DNA of 64,000 bases from Acidobacteriota bacterium (GTDB taxonomy: Bacteria > Acidobacteriota > Polarisedimenticolia > Gp22-AA2), in contig QHXX01000021.1 in assembly GCA_003223135.1 (NCBI GenBank), forward strand, positions 63,674-127,673, in the 5' to 3' direction. Of this stretch, positions 52,477 through 62,362 are shown in pieces. Numbering within the stretch: position 1 is the stretch's first letter; each line of letters starts with the position of its first letter. The position numbers were made by a program, and so were the translations under genes. The notes below the pieces were generated by a model. It was not told the origin of the DNA. It did no database searches and was given only the letters and a program-made list of their open reading frames with translations.

Positions 52477-52889
52477 CGCCGGCCCTTGAGGCGCCGGTCG
52501 GTTTCGTCCATGACCTTCAGGATCGCCTCGAGACGCCCGGTCACCGAGGACAGCACCGAGCCGAGCGGACGCAGCGGGTCGGGTAGGCGCTCCGGCTCTC
52601 CGGCCGCCACCGGCTCGAACAGGTCGTCCAGAGCCCCCTGGCCTTCCCCCATGCCCAGCTTCTTGCGGGCGCCGGCGATCGTGTACCCCTCCTGGTAGAG
52701 GAGACGCTTGATCTGGAGCACCAGGTCGACGTCTCGTTGTCGGTAAACTCGCTGTCCGGTGCGGCTCTTCTTCGGGGCCAGCTGCGGGAACTCCGATTCC
52801 CAGAAGCGCAGCACATACGGCTGCGTGTCGGTGATCTGGCAGACCTCACCGATCTTGTAGAAGGTCTTGCGTGCGCTGCCGTCTGACAT
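52473..52889 (-). CDS. MerR-family regulator (type usually next to ihfA)
   Basis: [34 protein letters not shown]. Confidence 0.88.
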   Translation of the reverse strand: MSDGSARKTFYKIGEVCQITDTQPYVLRFWESEFPQLAPKKSRTGQRVYRQRDVDLVLQIKRLLYQEGYTIAGARKKLGMGEGQGALDDLFEPVAAGEPERLPDPLRPLGSVLSSVTGRLEAILKVMDETDRRLKGRR

Positions 52890-53009
52890 CACCTGGACCT
52901 GGCGGGCGGGTCCCGTCACCCCGCCCTGGGAATGCACCTCCCGGATTCTCCCACGAAAACCCAGTCCTGACGCCCTCAAAGTTGCGCCCGCGGGCCGCTC
53001 TCCATGCTC

Positions 53010-53357
53010 TCAGGCACGGCCATAGCGATCCTCGAGCCTCACCACGTCCTCCAGCTCGGGCGTGCTCACCTCGAAGACCACGCAGTCGGTCAGGGCCTCC
53101 ATACGGTGACGCGTGCCCGGCGGCAGGTGCACCGCCTCGCCGGGTTCGAGGATCCTGTCACGCAGGTCCGGGGCCTCGCCGGGAAGCAGGAGCCTGAGTG
53201 ACCCCTGGTAGAGGTAGAGGCTCTCCTCCTTGCGCTCGTGGTATTGGAGACTCAGGGACTCACCCGCCCGGATGCGCAGGATCTTCCCCGCATACCTCCC
53301 CGTGCGCGCAAACAGGATTTCCTCGCCCCACGGCTTCGGCACGTGCGTGACGCTCAC
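53010..53357 (-). CDS. cupin domain protein (mannose-6-phosphate isomerase-like)
   Basis: VPKPWGEE, SLQYHERKEES, PGTRHRM, EVSTPE; GTG overlaps the ptsI stop. Confidence 0.85.
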   Translation of the reverse strand: MSVTHVPKPWGEEILFARTGRYAGKILRIRAGESLSLQYHERKEESLYLYQGSLRLLLPGEAPDLRDRILEPGEAVHLPPGTRHRMEALTDCVVFEVSTPELEDVVRLEDRYGRA

Positions 53358-55153
53358 GGCCTCACCTCCATCACCGGGCTGCGCTCCCTGGGGACGAGAG
53401 CCTCCACCTTGCGCTTCGCCAGCTCCTCGATCGACTCGGCGGAATCGAGCCTCAGAGCCTCCTCCACGAGGGCGCGCGCGTCGGCGAGGCTCAACGCCCG
53501 GATGACCTGCTTCACGGACGGGATGGCCGCGGGATTCATGCTCAGCTCCGTGATCCCGAGCCCGATCAGGACGACGGCCGTCACGGGATTCGACGCCATC
53601 TCCCCGCACACCGAGACGCGCAGACCCCGGTGCGCCGCCGCCTCGACCACACGGCGCACCAGATGCAGGATCGCCGGATGCAGCGGCTGGTACAGGTACG
53701 ACACGGATTCGTTGCCTCGATCGATGGCCAGGGCATACTGGATCAGGTCATTGGTGCCGATGGAAAAGAAGTCGACCTCGCGCGCCAGGCGGTCCGCGAT
53801 CAGCGCCGCCGCAGGCACCTCGATCATCACGCCCAGCGGCACGTCCGGGTCGCACGGTATGTGCTGCGCAAGAAGCTCCTGGCGCACATCCTCCACGATG
53901 GCCCGCGCGCGGCGCAGCTCGTCGATGCCAGTCACCATAGGGAAGAGCATGCGCACCTTGCCATGCGCCGCCGCGCGGAAGACGCCGCGGAGCTGCGTGC
54001 GGAACAGATCCTCGTGCTTCAGGCACAGTCTGATGCCGCGCAGCCCCAGGACAGGGTTGGTCTCGCGGTGCTCCAGGATGGTCGAGAAGTACTTCTCGCC
54101 ACCCAGATCGAGGGTGCGAATCACCACCTCGTCGGGCAGGGCCCTCTCGGCCAGCTCCCGGTAGGTCCGATAATGCTCCTCCTCCCCCGGCAGCCCGGGC
54201 GCCTCGCGCAGGTACAGGAATTCGGAGCGGTACAGCCCGACTCCCTCCGCGCCGAACCGGCGCGCCGCCAGCATCTCCTCCGGCAACTCGACGTTCGCCA
54301 TCAGACGCACGCGCAGACCCTCGCGCGTCGTCGCCGGCTGATCGCGCAGGATCATAAGATCGAGCTCGCGCTGCGCCTTCCGCGCCTGGAGCTCGCGCCA
54401 CGCCGCCGTCTCTTCCTCCCCGGGATTGTGCAGGACCACCCCCTCGCTTCCGTCCAGGATCAGGAGGTCGCCGCTCCGCACCCGGGTGCTGGCATCCCGG
54501 AGTCCGGCCACGGCCGGGATGCCCAGGGCGCTCGCGATGATCGCCGTGTGAGAGGTCGGACCACCGCCGTCGATCGCCAGACCGATGACGTGCTCGCGAT
54601 TCAACCCTGCCGCGTCCGAGGGCGACAGCGCCGCACCGACGACGATCACGTCGTCCATCAGCTCGGAGAGGTCGTGCCGTTTCTTGCTGCCGCTCAGGAG
54701 GGCCTGCACCCGGGCCGCCACGTCCTCGATGTCGGTGCCGCGGTCCCTGAGCGCCTGGTCGCCGAGCTGCGCGAACACCTGAGTGTAGCGTCCGACGACG
54801 GTGTGGAAGGCCCACTCGCCGTTGGCGCGCTCGCGGCGGATGAGGGCGGTGGTCTCCTGCAGGAGGGCCCGGTCTTTCAGGATCAGGATCTGGGCCTCGA
54901 AGACACGCGCGAACGGCTCGCCGGCCTCGCTGCGGACACGGTCGCGAAGGTGGCGGAGCTGCCGCCAGGCACGCCGCACCGCCCGCTGGAATCGCAGAAC
55001 CTCGCGCTCCGCCTCGTCGGACGAGAGATCGAGGCGGAAGATGGCGATGTTCGGGCCCTCCAGGACCAGCGCCCGGCCGATGGCGATGCCCGGCGACACA
55101 CCGAGGCCGCGCAACGTCGTTCCGTCGTCGTGCCCGCCCGTCGACATCGTCAC
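53354..55153 (-). CDS. ptsI: PTS enzyme I (PEP-protein phosphotransferase)
   Basis: GGPTSHTAI (phospho-His), GLYRSEFL, RTLDLGGEK, LGLRGIR, SIGTNDL, CGEMA. Confidence 0.96.
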   Translation of the reverse strand: MTMSTGGHDDGTTLRGLGVSPGIAIGRALVLEGPNIAIFRLDLSSDEAEREVLRFQRAVRRAWRQLRHLRDRVRSEAGEPFARVFEAQILILKDRALLQETTALIRRERANGEWAFHTVVGRYTQVFAQLGDQALRDRGTDIEDVAARVQALLSGSKKRHDLSELMDDVIVVGAALSPSDAAGLNREHVIGLAIDGGGPTSHTAIIASALGIPAVAGLRDASTRVRSGDLLILDGSEGVVLHNPGEEETAAWRELQARKAQRELDLMILRDQPATTREGLRVRLMANVELPEEMLAARRFGAEGVGLYRSEFLYLREAPGLPGEEEHYRTYRELAERALPDEVVIRTLDLGGEKYFSTILEHRETNPVLGLRGIRLCLKHEDLFRTQLRGVFRAAAHGKVRMLFPMVTGIDELRRARAIVEDVRQELLAQHIPCDPDVPLGVMIEVPAAALIADRLAREVDFFSIGTNDLIQYALAIDRGNESVSYLYQPLHPAILHLVRRVVEAAAHRGLRVSVCGEMASNPVTAVVLIGLGITELSMNPAAIPSVKQVIRALSLADARALVEEALRLDSAESIEELAKRKVEALVPRERSPVMEVRP

Positions 55154-55419
55154 CTTTCCTCGCCGAAGCGCGCCTGCACCAGTTCGACCAGAGAGCGCAG
55201 CGCCTGCTGTTCGTCCGTTCCGTCGGCGCTGATGGTCAGGCAGGTGCCCTGAGCACCCACCAGCGCCAGGAGTCCTAGGATCGACTTGCCGTCCGCCGTG
55301 CGCCCCCCGTGCGAAATCTTGATGCGGCTCTTGAACCGGCTGGCGACCTGCACGAAGCGGGCCGCGGCCCGGGCGTGCAGGCCGAGCGCGTTGCAGATGA
55401 CCACCTCCTGCCGGATCAC
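55150..55419 (-). CDS. ptsH: phosphocarrier protein HPr/NPr
   Basis: GLHARAA (His15) and GKSILGLL (Ser46). Confidence 0.93.
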   Translation of the reverse strand: MIRQEVVICNALGLHARAAARFVQVASRFKSRIKISHGGRTADGKSILGLLALVGAQGTCLTISADGTDEQQALRSLVELVQARFGEER

Positions 55420-55865
55420 GCCGTGTCCCGCCCGGAAGGGCCCAGGTATTCGGTGGCGATGGCGATCGATCGCTGTCCCTGCTCCTTGATGCGCGCCGCG
55501 GCCTCGTTGAGGGAGCATTTGTCGCGGATGTTGGCGTATTTGATCAGCATCGGCAGGTTCACGCCGGTCACGATCTCCACGCCCTCGCGCAGGAATGCCA
55601 GCGTCACGTTGGTGGCCGTGCCACCGAACATGTCGGTCAGGATCAGGACACCGCCGCCGGGATCGACTTCCGCGATCGCCTGTTCGACGGCCCGGCGCGC
55701 CTGCGGCAGCTCGTCGTCCCAGCCGATGGTCAGGGCCTTCAGGCCCTCGACCTTCCCCACGATGCGCTCCAGCGCCCGTACCAGCTCAAAGGCCAGCCCG
55801 CCGTGCGTGACCACGAGCACGCCGAAGCGCGCCTCGCCCGCGGCCTCGACCACGATCGACATCAT
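55416..55865 (-). CDS. PTS EIIA-Man-type component (stand-alone)
   Basis: VVTHGGLA, LTDMFGGT, GVNLPMLI. Confidence 0.92.
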   Translation of the reverse strand: MMSIVVEAAGEARFGVLVVTHGGLAFELVRALERIVGKVEGLKALTIGWDDELPQARRAVEQAIAEVDPGGGVLILTDMFGGTATNVTLAFLREGVEIVTGVNLPMLIKYANIRDKCSLNEAAARIKEQGQRSIAIATEYLGPSGRDTA

Positions 55866-56755
55866 TATTCCTTGTCCAGATCGCGGTGCGACGCCTTCAC
55901 CGCGTATCCCCGGTCGCAGAGCGCCCGGCTCACCGCCTCGGCCATCGCCACCGAGCGGTGCCGCCCGCCCGTGCACCCCACCGCCACGGTCAGGTAGCTC
56001 TTCCCCTCGCGGATGTACTGCGGAATCAGGAAGGCCACGAGATCGACGATGCGCGCGAGAAACTCACGGTACTCGGAGATCGCTTCCAGGTAGTCGCGTA
56101 CCTCCGGATCGAGCCCGCTGCGGCCGCGAAGGCCATCCACGAAGAAAGGGTTCGGCAGGAACCGGGTGTCGAACAGCAGGTCCGATTCCGCCGGCACGCC
56201 ATGCTTGTAACCGAACGACACGACGGAGATTCCGATCGGCTGACCTCCGGTTTGCGGCGCGAAATGCTCCTGGATATAGCGCCGCAGCTCGTGCACGTTG
56301 AACCGGCTGCTGTCGATGATCAGGTCGGCCCGCTCGCGCAACGGCTCGAGCATCAGGCGCTCTCGCCGGATTCCCTCCTCGAGCGAACCGCCCGACGCCA
56401 GGGGGTGGGGGCGGCGCGTTTCGGAGAAGCGGCGGATCAGAGCCTCGTCGTCGGCCTCGAAGAACAGCAGGCGGGCGCGGTGTCCCTGGGTCCGGCGCAG
56501 GGTGTCGAAGATCGCCGGGAACTCTCCGAGGAACGTTCCCTCGCGCACGTCCACGACCAGGGCGGCGCGCCTCAGGTCCGGTCGCCTGGCGCACAGGTCG
56601 GCGAACACGGGAATCAGCGCGACGGGGAGGTTGTCGACGCAGAAATATCCCATGTCCTCGAAGGCGCGGGTCGTGAGGGTCTTCCCGGAACCGGAGAGCC
56701 CCGTGATCACCACGATCTCGAACTCACGGTCCGGCGCCGGATCACCGGCGGTCAC
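55865..56755 (-). CDS. rapZ: RNase adapter / P-loop protein RapZ
   Basis: ITGLSGSGKT, CVDNLP, ETRRPHPL, SFGYKHG, GCTGGRHRSV; GTG overlaps the hprK stop. Confidence 0.94.
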   Translation of the reverse strand: MTAGDPAPDREFEIVVITGLSGSGKTLTTRAFEDMGYFCVDNLPVALIPVFADLCARRPDLRRAALVVDVREGTFLGEFPAIFDTLRRTQGHRARLLFFEADDEALIRRFSETRRPHPLASGGSLEEGIRRERLMLEPLRERADLIIDSSRFNVHELRRYIQEHFAPQTGGQPIGISVVSFGYKHGVPAESDLLFDTRFLPNPFFVDGLRGRSGLDPEVRDYLEAISEYREFLARIVDLVAFLIPQYIREGKSYLTVAVGCTGGRHRSVAMAEAVSRALCDRGYAVKASHRDLDKE

Positions 56756-57753
56756 GACTTCCTTCCCAGCGCGTCCTGGATGCGACCCGCCAGCTCCTTG
56801 GCGGCATGGTACCCTTTGCGCTTCAGGAGGTGATGGCGCGCCGCCACCTCCAGAAGGATCGACAGGTTCCGCCCCGGACCGACCGGCATCTCGATGAACG
56901 GCAGCTCCACGCCCAGGATCGTATACTTCTTCTCGTCCAGGCCCAGGCGGTCGTACACCTTGTCTTCCTGCCACGGGTCGAGCTTCACCACGAGGTCGAG
57001 GTCCTTGCGCTCGCGCACCGCCGCGACGCCATACAGATCTTTGATGTTGATGATCCCCAGTCCCCGCAGCTCCATGTGGTATCGACTGACCTCGGGGCCG
57101 GTGCCGTTCAGGAGTGTTCCGACGCGCCTGATGGTCACCGTGTCGTCGGAGACCAGGCGGTGCCCCCTGAGGATGAGCTCCAGGGCCGACTCGCTCTTGC
57201 CGACGCCGCTCTCTCCCAGGATGAGCACGCCGACACCGTAGATGTCGATGAGCGTGCCGTGCAGCGCCACGGAGGGAGCGAGACGCTCCTCCAGGTACCG
57301 GCCGAGGAGATCGATGGCCCTTTCGGTCGTGCGCGGTGTCGACAGGAGCGGAATCGCCAGGTGCTCGGCAGCATCCAGAAGGTCGGGGTGGGGGGCCGCG
57401 CCATGGGTCAGGAGCAGGCACGGGATCGACGCCGCGCCGAGGCGCTCCACCAGGAGTCGCCGCTGCTCCTCCGGGATGCGGCCGAGGTAGGCGACCTCGC
57501 TCTTCCCCAGGACCTGCACGGCCCCGGCCAGGAGGGTGTCCGCGTGACCGGCGAGCGCCAGTCCCGGTCTTTCGGGAACGGAACAGGCAATGTCGCGTTT
57601 CAGGCCGGCCCGACCGGCGACGAGGCGCAGGGTCAGCTCCGCCGGGGCCTCGGACAGGAGATCACCGACCGGCAGGGTGGGCCGGGGCGCCTCACGCTGG
57701 TTCAACCTTGGCCTCCGCGTCCCGCGGGTGTGCTCCGGGAGCGCTCCCGACAA
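56752..57753 (-). CDS. hprK: HPr kinase/phosphorylase
   Basis: RPGLALAG, LHGTLIDIYGVGVLILGESGVGKSESAL, LVSDD, MELRGLGII; start uncertain. Confidence 0.94.
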   Translation of the reverse strand: MSGALPEHTRGTRRPRLNQREAPRPTLPVGDLLSEAPAELTLRLVAGRAGLKRDIACSVPERPGLALAGHADTLLAGAVQVLGKSEVAYLGRIPEEQRRLLVERLGAASIPCLLLTHGAAPHPDLLDAAEHLAIPLLSTPRTTERAIDLLGRYLEERLAPSVALHGTLIDIYGVGVLILGESGVGKSESALELILRGHRLVSDDTVTIRRVGTLLNGTGPEVSRYHMELRGLGIINIKDLYGVAAVRERKDLDLVVKLDPWQEDKVYDRLGLDEKKYTILGVELPFIEMPVGPGRNLSILLEVAARHHLLKRKGYHAAKELAGRIQDALGRKS

Positions 57754-57770
57754 AGCCGCAAATCACGGCC

Positions 57771-57799
57771 ATTCTAGGACTTGGAACGGGGGCTGTCAA
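57771..57799 (-). promoter_or_regulatory. sigma70 promoter of the hprK operon
   Basis: Minus strand TTGACA, 17 bp, TAGAAT. Confidence 0.75.
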
Positions 57800-57835
57800 G
57801 AAAACGAGGGCCGTGGAATCGAAGGATTTCCTTCA

Positions 57836-57864
57836 TTGACCCCCGGGGCGCCGAATGGTATGTT
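57836..57864 (+). promoter_or_regulatory. sigma70 promoter of the GAPDH-like gene
   Basis: TTGACC, 17 bp, TATGTT preceded by TGG (extended -10). Confidence 0.65.
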
Positions 57865-57910
57865 TCGAGTCGGCAAAGGGCGTTCTATCCCGCTGGACTG
57901 GGAGACCGTG

Positions 57911-58984
57911 ATGGCCTCGAAAAAAGTCGTCCATATCATCGGCACGGGTACGATCGGGGAGCCTCTCATCGGACTGTTCACCGACAAAAAGGATCTGCTC
58001 GGCTTCGACGAGGTGACCTTCCACAAGCGGACCCCACTCCTGACGGATCGATCCAAGGTCGTCAACCTGCTCAAGCCCGGCGCCCGCCTCGCGTGCGACG
58101 AGTCGGCTCGGCGGGGCTTCCGGGAGATCGGTATCGAGCCCGCGTACGAGCACCACGAGGCGCTGCGGCAGGCGACCGTGGTCATCGACTGCACGCCCTC
58201 GGACGTCGGGCTGCAGAACAAGAAAGAGATCTACGAGAAGTACGCCCACAACACCCTGGGCTTCATCGCTCAGGGTTCCGAGTTCGGGTTCGGGAAGATG
58301 TATGCCCGCGGTATCAATGACCGCACACTCAAGAAGGGCGTCGACCAGTACATCCAGGTCGTGTCCTGCAACACGCACAATCTCGCGGTCATCATCGATC
58401 TGATCGGCCTTCGGGACCAGGGCCCCGACAACCTCGCCGAGGGACGCTTCATCTGCATCCGCCGCGCCAACGACATCAGCCAGGACAGCTCCTTCGTACC
58501 GTCGCCCCAGGTCAACCGGCACAAGGACGAGCGCTTCGGCACACACCATGCCCGGGACGCCTGGCACCTGTTCAACACGCTGGGCCACGACCTGAACTTG
58601 TACTCCTCGTCCCTCAAGGTCAACAGCCAGTATATGCACGCGATCCACTTCAACCTCCGGCTCAGGAAGCCCACGACTTCAGAGGGAATCCTGGACAGGA
58701 TCAAGAAGGACGATCGCATGGCCCTCACCTATAAGCAATCGGCGAACTCGGTCTTTTCCTTCGGGCGGGACTACGGGCACTACGGGCGCATCCTGAACCA
58801 GGGCGTCCTGGTGGTCCCGACGCTCGCCGTCCACGACGGCCATGAGGTCGTCGGCTTCTGCTTCACGCCCCAGGACGGCAACGCCCTGATCAGCAGCGTG
58901 GCCGCCGCGTGCTGGTTCGTCTACCCCGAGACGTACGAGCAGAAATTGAACTGCCTGAACGACTCGATCTTCGACGAAGTCTAA
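57911..58984 (+). CDS. archaeal-type (class II) glyceraldehyde-3-phosphate dehydrogenase-like protein
   Basis: GTGTIG, IDCTP, AQGSE, VVSCNT, RRAND, THH, YMHAIH parallel class II GAPDH motifs. Confidence 0.75.
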   Translation: MASKKVVHIIGTGTIGEPLIGLFTDKKDLLGFDEVTFHKRTPLLTDRSKVVNLLKPGARLACDESARRGFREIGIEPAYEHHEALRQATVVIDCTPSDVGLQNKKEIYEKYAHNTLGFIAQGSEFGFGKMYARGINDRTLKKGVDQYIQVVSCNTHNLAVIIDLIGLRDQGPDNLAEGRFICIRRANDISQDSSFVPSPQVNRHKDERFGTHHARDAWHLFNTLGHDLNLYSSSLKVNSQYMHAIHFNLRLRKPTTSEGILDRIKKDDRMALTYKQSANSVFSFGRDYGHYGRILNQGVLVVPTLAVHDGHEVVGFCFTPQDGNALISSVAAACWFVYPETYEQKLNCLNDSIFDEV

Positions 58985-59001
58985 GGCAGGACGGCTGGCG
59001 C

Positions 59002-59032
59002 GAGCACCCGCTGAACCGGCGGGGGGGTGCTC
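59002..59032. terminator. GC-rich hairpin between convergent GAPDH-like gene and fabF
   Basis: GAGCACCC...GGGTGCTC 8-bp inverted repeat; no U-tract. Confidence 0.35.
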
Positions 59033-60272
59033 AGCCCTCGTATTTCTTCAGGACAAGCGCGGCGTTCGTGCCCCCGAACCCGAACGAGTTGTTGAGGGCG
59101 TAGCGCACGGCCATCCGGCGCGCCTCGTTCGGGACGTAGTCCAGGTCGCACTCCGGGTCAGGCGTCGTGTAGTTGATGGTGGGCGGAACGACGTCCTCCC
59201 TCACCGCAAGGGCGACGATCGCCGTTTCCAGGCCGCCCGCCCCGCCCAGCAGGTGCCCGGTCATCGATTTCGTGCTGCTCACGGCCACGCGGCGCGCGCG
59301 TTCCCCGAAGAGTGTCTTGAGGGCGCGGGTCTCCACGGCGTCCCCCTGGGGCGTCGAGGTCCCATGGGCGTTCACATAGTCGATGGCGGTCGGGTCGACG
59401 CCCGCGTCCTCGATCGCCCGGCGCATGACCCGCACGGGGCCGTCGCCGTCCTCCGCGGGGGCCGAGACGTGATACGCGTCCCCCGACACGCCGTACCCCG
59501 CCACCTCGGCGTAGACTGCCGCGTGGCGGCGCACGGCGTGTCCCAAGTCCTCGAGGATGACGATCCCGGCTCCCTCACTGATGACGAACCCGTCGCGCCC
59601 GGCGTCGAAGGGGCGCGAGGCACCCGGCGGGTCGTCGTTGCGCGTGGACAGGGCGCGCATGGCGGAGAAGCCGCCCACGCAGAGCGGAGCGATGACTCCT
59701 TCGCACCCTCCGGCGATCATGACGTCGGCATCGCCGCGCTTGATGATCTCGAAGGCGTCGCCGATGGCATGCGTACCGGTGGCGCACGCCGTGCAGGCCG
59801 CCTGGTTGGGCCCCTTGGCGCCGTAGCGAATCGACACCTGCCCGGAGGCCATATTGACGATGAGTCCGATGATGAAGAAAGGAGACACCCGGCGCGGGCC
59901 CTCGCGCAACAGGATCGCGTGCTGGCGCTCGATCGAGGGGAGCCCGCCGATCCCCGAGCCGATGTACACGCCGACCCGATCGGCCTCGGACGGCTTCACC
60001 TGGAAGGCGGCGTCGCGCATGGCGATCTCCGCCGCCGCCATCGCGTAGTGGATGAACAGGTCCATCTTCTTGACGTCTTTCTTCGATACCCAGTCCTCGG
60101 GATTGAACCCCTTCACCTCTCCCGCGATGCGGCACGGGTAATCGCCGGCGTCGAAGCGCGTGATCGGACCGATACCGCTTCGTCCCTGGAGCAGACCCTG
60201 CCAGTTCTCTTGATTGCCAATCCCGAGGGGCGAAACCATGCCCACCCCGGTGATGACGACGCGCCTGTCCAT
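59031..60272 (-). CDS. fabF: 3-oxoacyl-ACP synthase II
   Basis: [31 protein letters not shown]. Confidence 0.97.
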   Translation of the reverse strand: MDRRVVITGVGMVSPLGIGNQENWQGLLQGRSGIGPITRFDAGDYPCRIAGEVKGFNPEDWVSKKDVKKMDLFIHYAMAAAEIAMRDAAFQVKPSEADRVGVYIGSGIGGLPSIERQHAILLREGPRRVSPFFIIGLIVNMASGQVSIRYGAKGPNQAACTACATGTHAIGDAFEIIKRGDADVMIAGGCEGVIAPLCVGGFSAMRALSTRNDDPPGASRPFDAGRDGFVISEGAGIVILEDLGHAVRRHAAVYAEVAGYGVSGDAYHVSAPAEDGDGPVRVMRRAIEDAGVDPTAIDYVNAHGTSTPQGDAVETRALKTLFGERARRVAVSSTKSMTGHLLGGAGGLETAIVALAVREDVVPPTINYTTPDPECDLDYVPNEARRMAVRYALNNSFGFGGTNAALVLKKYEG

Positions 60273-60298
60273 GTCGCTTCGTCCCCGGTACTCCGGCC

Positions 60299-60535
60299 TC
60301 AGGCGTGAGTCTGGATGTACTTGATGGCGTCGCCGACCGTGTGGATCTTTTCGGCGTCCTCGTCACTGATCTCGATCTTGAACGCCTCCTCGAGCGCCAT
60401 GACCAACTCGACGGTGTCGAGCGAGTCCGCCCCCAGGTCGTTCACGAACGAGGCCTCCATCGTGACCTCCTCCGGATCGACACCCAGCTGCTCGACGATG
60501 ATGCCTTTGACCTTGTCCTCGATGCTCTGCGCCAT
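60299..60535 (-). CDS. acpP: acyl carrier protein
   Basis: [18 protein letters not shown]. Confidence 0.97.
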   Translation of the reverse strand: MAQSIEDKVKGIIVEQLGVDPEEVTMEASFVNDLGADSLDTVELVMALEEAFKIEISDEDAEKIHTVGDAIKYIQTHA

Positions 60536-60641
60536 CTGCTTCCCTCCATGCGGGACCTGCTCGGATGCCCTTGCCTGTGTCCACCCCGCCCGGATGCCCG
60601 GCGGGTACCGGGGCGGCACGCTGATTATTGTTCGGCGACCC

Positions 60642-61391
60642 CTACATGTAAAGACCGCCGCTGATGTTCAGGACCTCGCCGGTGATGTAGGCGGCGCCGG
60701 GACTGAGGAGAAACGCAACACCCGCCGCCACGTCCGCGGGTGTTCCCAGCCGGCCCAGGGGGATGAGTCCCGACATCCTGTCGCGCGCCTCCTCTTGAAG
60801 CGCCTGGGTCATCTCGGTGTCGATGAACCCCGGGGCCACCGCGTTCACGGTGATCGAGCGCGACGCCACTTCCCGGGCCAGCGACTTGGTGAACCCGAGG
60901 AGACCGGCCTTGGCCGCGCAATAGTTGGCCTGACCCGGGTTCCCCATGAGCCCGACGACCGAGCTGATGTTGACGATACGGCCGTAGCGCGCCCGCACCA
61001 TCGCCGGGAGCACGGCGCGCGTCGTCTCGAACGCGCCCGTGAGATTGACCGTGAGAACGCGGTCCCAGTCCTCGCGCTTCATCCGGAGCAGCAGTCCGTC
61101 GATCGTGATCCCGGCGTTGTTCACCAGGTGGTCGACCCGGCCGAACGCCTTCAGGGCCTCAGAGGCCCAGGCGGCTATCGAAGACGCGTCCACGAGGTCC
61201 ATCGGGATGGCGCGGCAGCGGACACCCTGAGTCTCGCATTCCGCCGCCACCTGCTCCAGGTCGTCCCGTTTCCGGCCGCCCAGCACGAGATCCGAGCCCC
61301 GGGCCGACAGCGCGAGGGCGATGCCCCGGCCGATCCCGCGCGAGGCCCCGGTGACGAAGCTCACCCGCCCCTGCAGCTCGCCCGGATTCAC
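60642..61391 (-). CDS. fabG: 3-oxoacyl-ACP reductase
   Basis: [24 protein letters not shown]; GTG overlaps the fabD stop. Confidence 0.95.
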   Translation of the reverse strand: MNPGELQGRVSFVTGASRGIGRGIALALSARGSDLVLGGRKRDDLEQVAAECETQGVRCRAIPMDLVDASSIAAWASEALKAFGRVDHLVNNAGITIDGLLLRMKREDWDRVLTVNLTGAFETTRAVLPAMVRARYGRIVNISSVVGLMGNPGQANYCAAKAGLLGFTKSLAREVASRSITVNAVAPGFIDTEMTQALQEEARDRMSGLIPLGRLGTPADVAAGVAFLLSPGAAYITGEVLNISGGLYM

Positions 61392-62362
61392 GTCGTTCCT
61401 CCCGGCCCGGCCGCAATGGCCGACCAGGCGCCCTCGAGAGTCGCCGGATCTTCCACGTTCAGGACCCTCATGCCCGGAACGATCCGCTTCGCCAGACCCG
61501 ACAGCACCCGTCCCGGGCCGACTTCCACCATGAGCTCCGATCCCATGTCCTGCATCCTGAGCACGCTTTCGACCCAGCGCACAGGCATCGTGACCTGCTC
61601 GACCAGCGCCGCCCGCAGCGCCTCGGCGCGGGTTTCCGGCCGGGCCCCTACGTTCAGGACCACCGGAACGCGCGCGTCGCGAAGCGGGAGCGCCGCCAGA
61701 TCCACGGCCAGGCGCTCCGCCGCCCTCGTCATCAGCGCGCAGTGAAAGGGCGCGCTGACCGGCAGGAGAACCGTCTTCTTCGCCCCCCGTCCCTTGGCGA
61801 GCGCCATCAGGCGGCCGACCGCCGCGGCGGTCCCGGCGACCACCGTCTGGTCCGGCGCGTTCAGGTTGGCGGGCGACAGGACCTCGCCGTCCGCCGCCTC
61901 GCGGCACAGGGCCTCGACCTGTGCCAGCGGCAGGCCCAGGACCGCGGCCATCGCCCCTTCTCCGACCGGCACCGCCTCCTGCATGTACTCACCGCGGCGT
62001 CTCACTGTCGTGGCCGCGTGCTCGAGGTCGAGCGCTCCGGCGGCGACCAGGGCCGAGTACTCTCCGAGGGAATGTCCCGCGGCGCAGCGGATTGACTCCC
62101 GGAAGCTCTCGGGAGCGCGCGCCCTGAGCGCTTCGAGACAGGCGATGCTCGTCACGAGAATGGCCGGCTGGGTCACCGCCGTGAGCCGCAGGGTCTCTTC
62201 GGGACCCTCGAAGCAGGCGCGGCTCAGGGGAAAGTCGAGCACCGCATCGGCGCGCTCGAAGACGGCGCGCGCCGCCGGCTCGGCGTCGTAGAGCGCCCGC
62301 CCCATCCCGACAGTCTGGGAGCCCTGGCCCGGAAAGACCAACGCCGTACGTCGGCCGATCAC
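61388..62362 (-). CDS. fabD: malonyl-CoA:ACP transacylase
   Basis: FPGQGSQ, GHSLGEY, VSAPFH. Confidence 0.96.
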   Translation of the reverse strand: MIGRRTALVFPGQGSQTVGMGRALYDAEPAARAVFERADAVLDFPLSRACFEGPEETLRLTAVTQPAILVTSIACLEALRARAPESFRESIRCAAGHSLGEYSALVAAGALDLEHAATTVRRRGEYMQEAVPVGEGAMAAVLGLPLAQVEALCREAADGEVLSPANLNAPDQTVVAGTAAAVGRLMALAKGRGAKKTVLLPVSAPFHCALMTRAAERLAVDLAALPLRDARVPVVLNVGARPETRAEALRAALVEQVTMPVRWVESVLRMQDMGSELMVEVGPGRVLSGLAKRIVPGMRVLNVEDPATLEGAWSAIAAGPGGTT

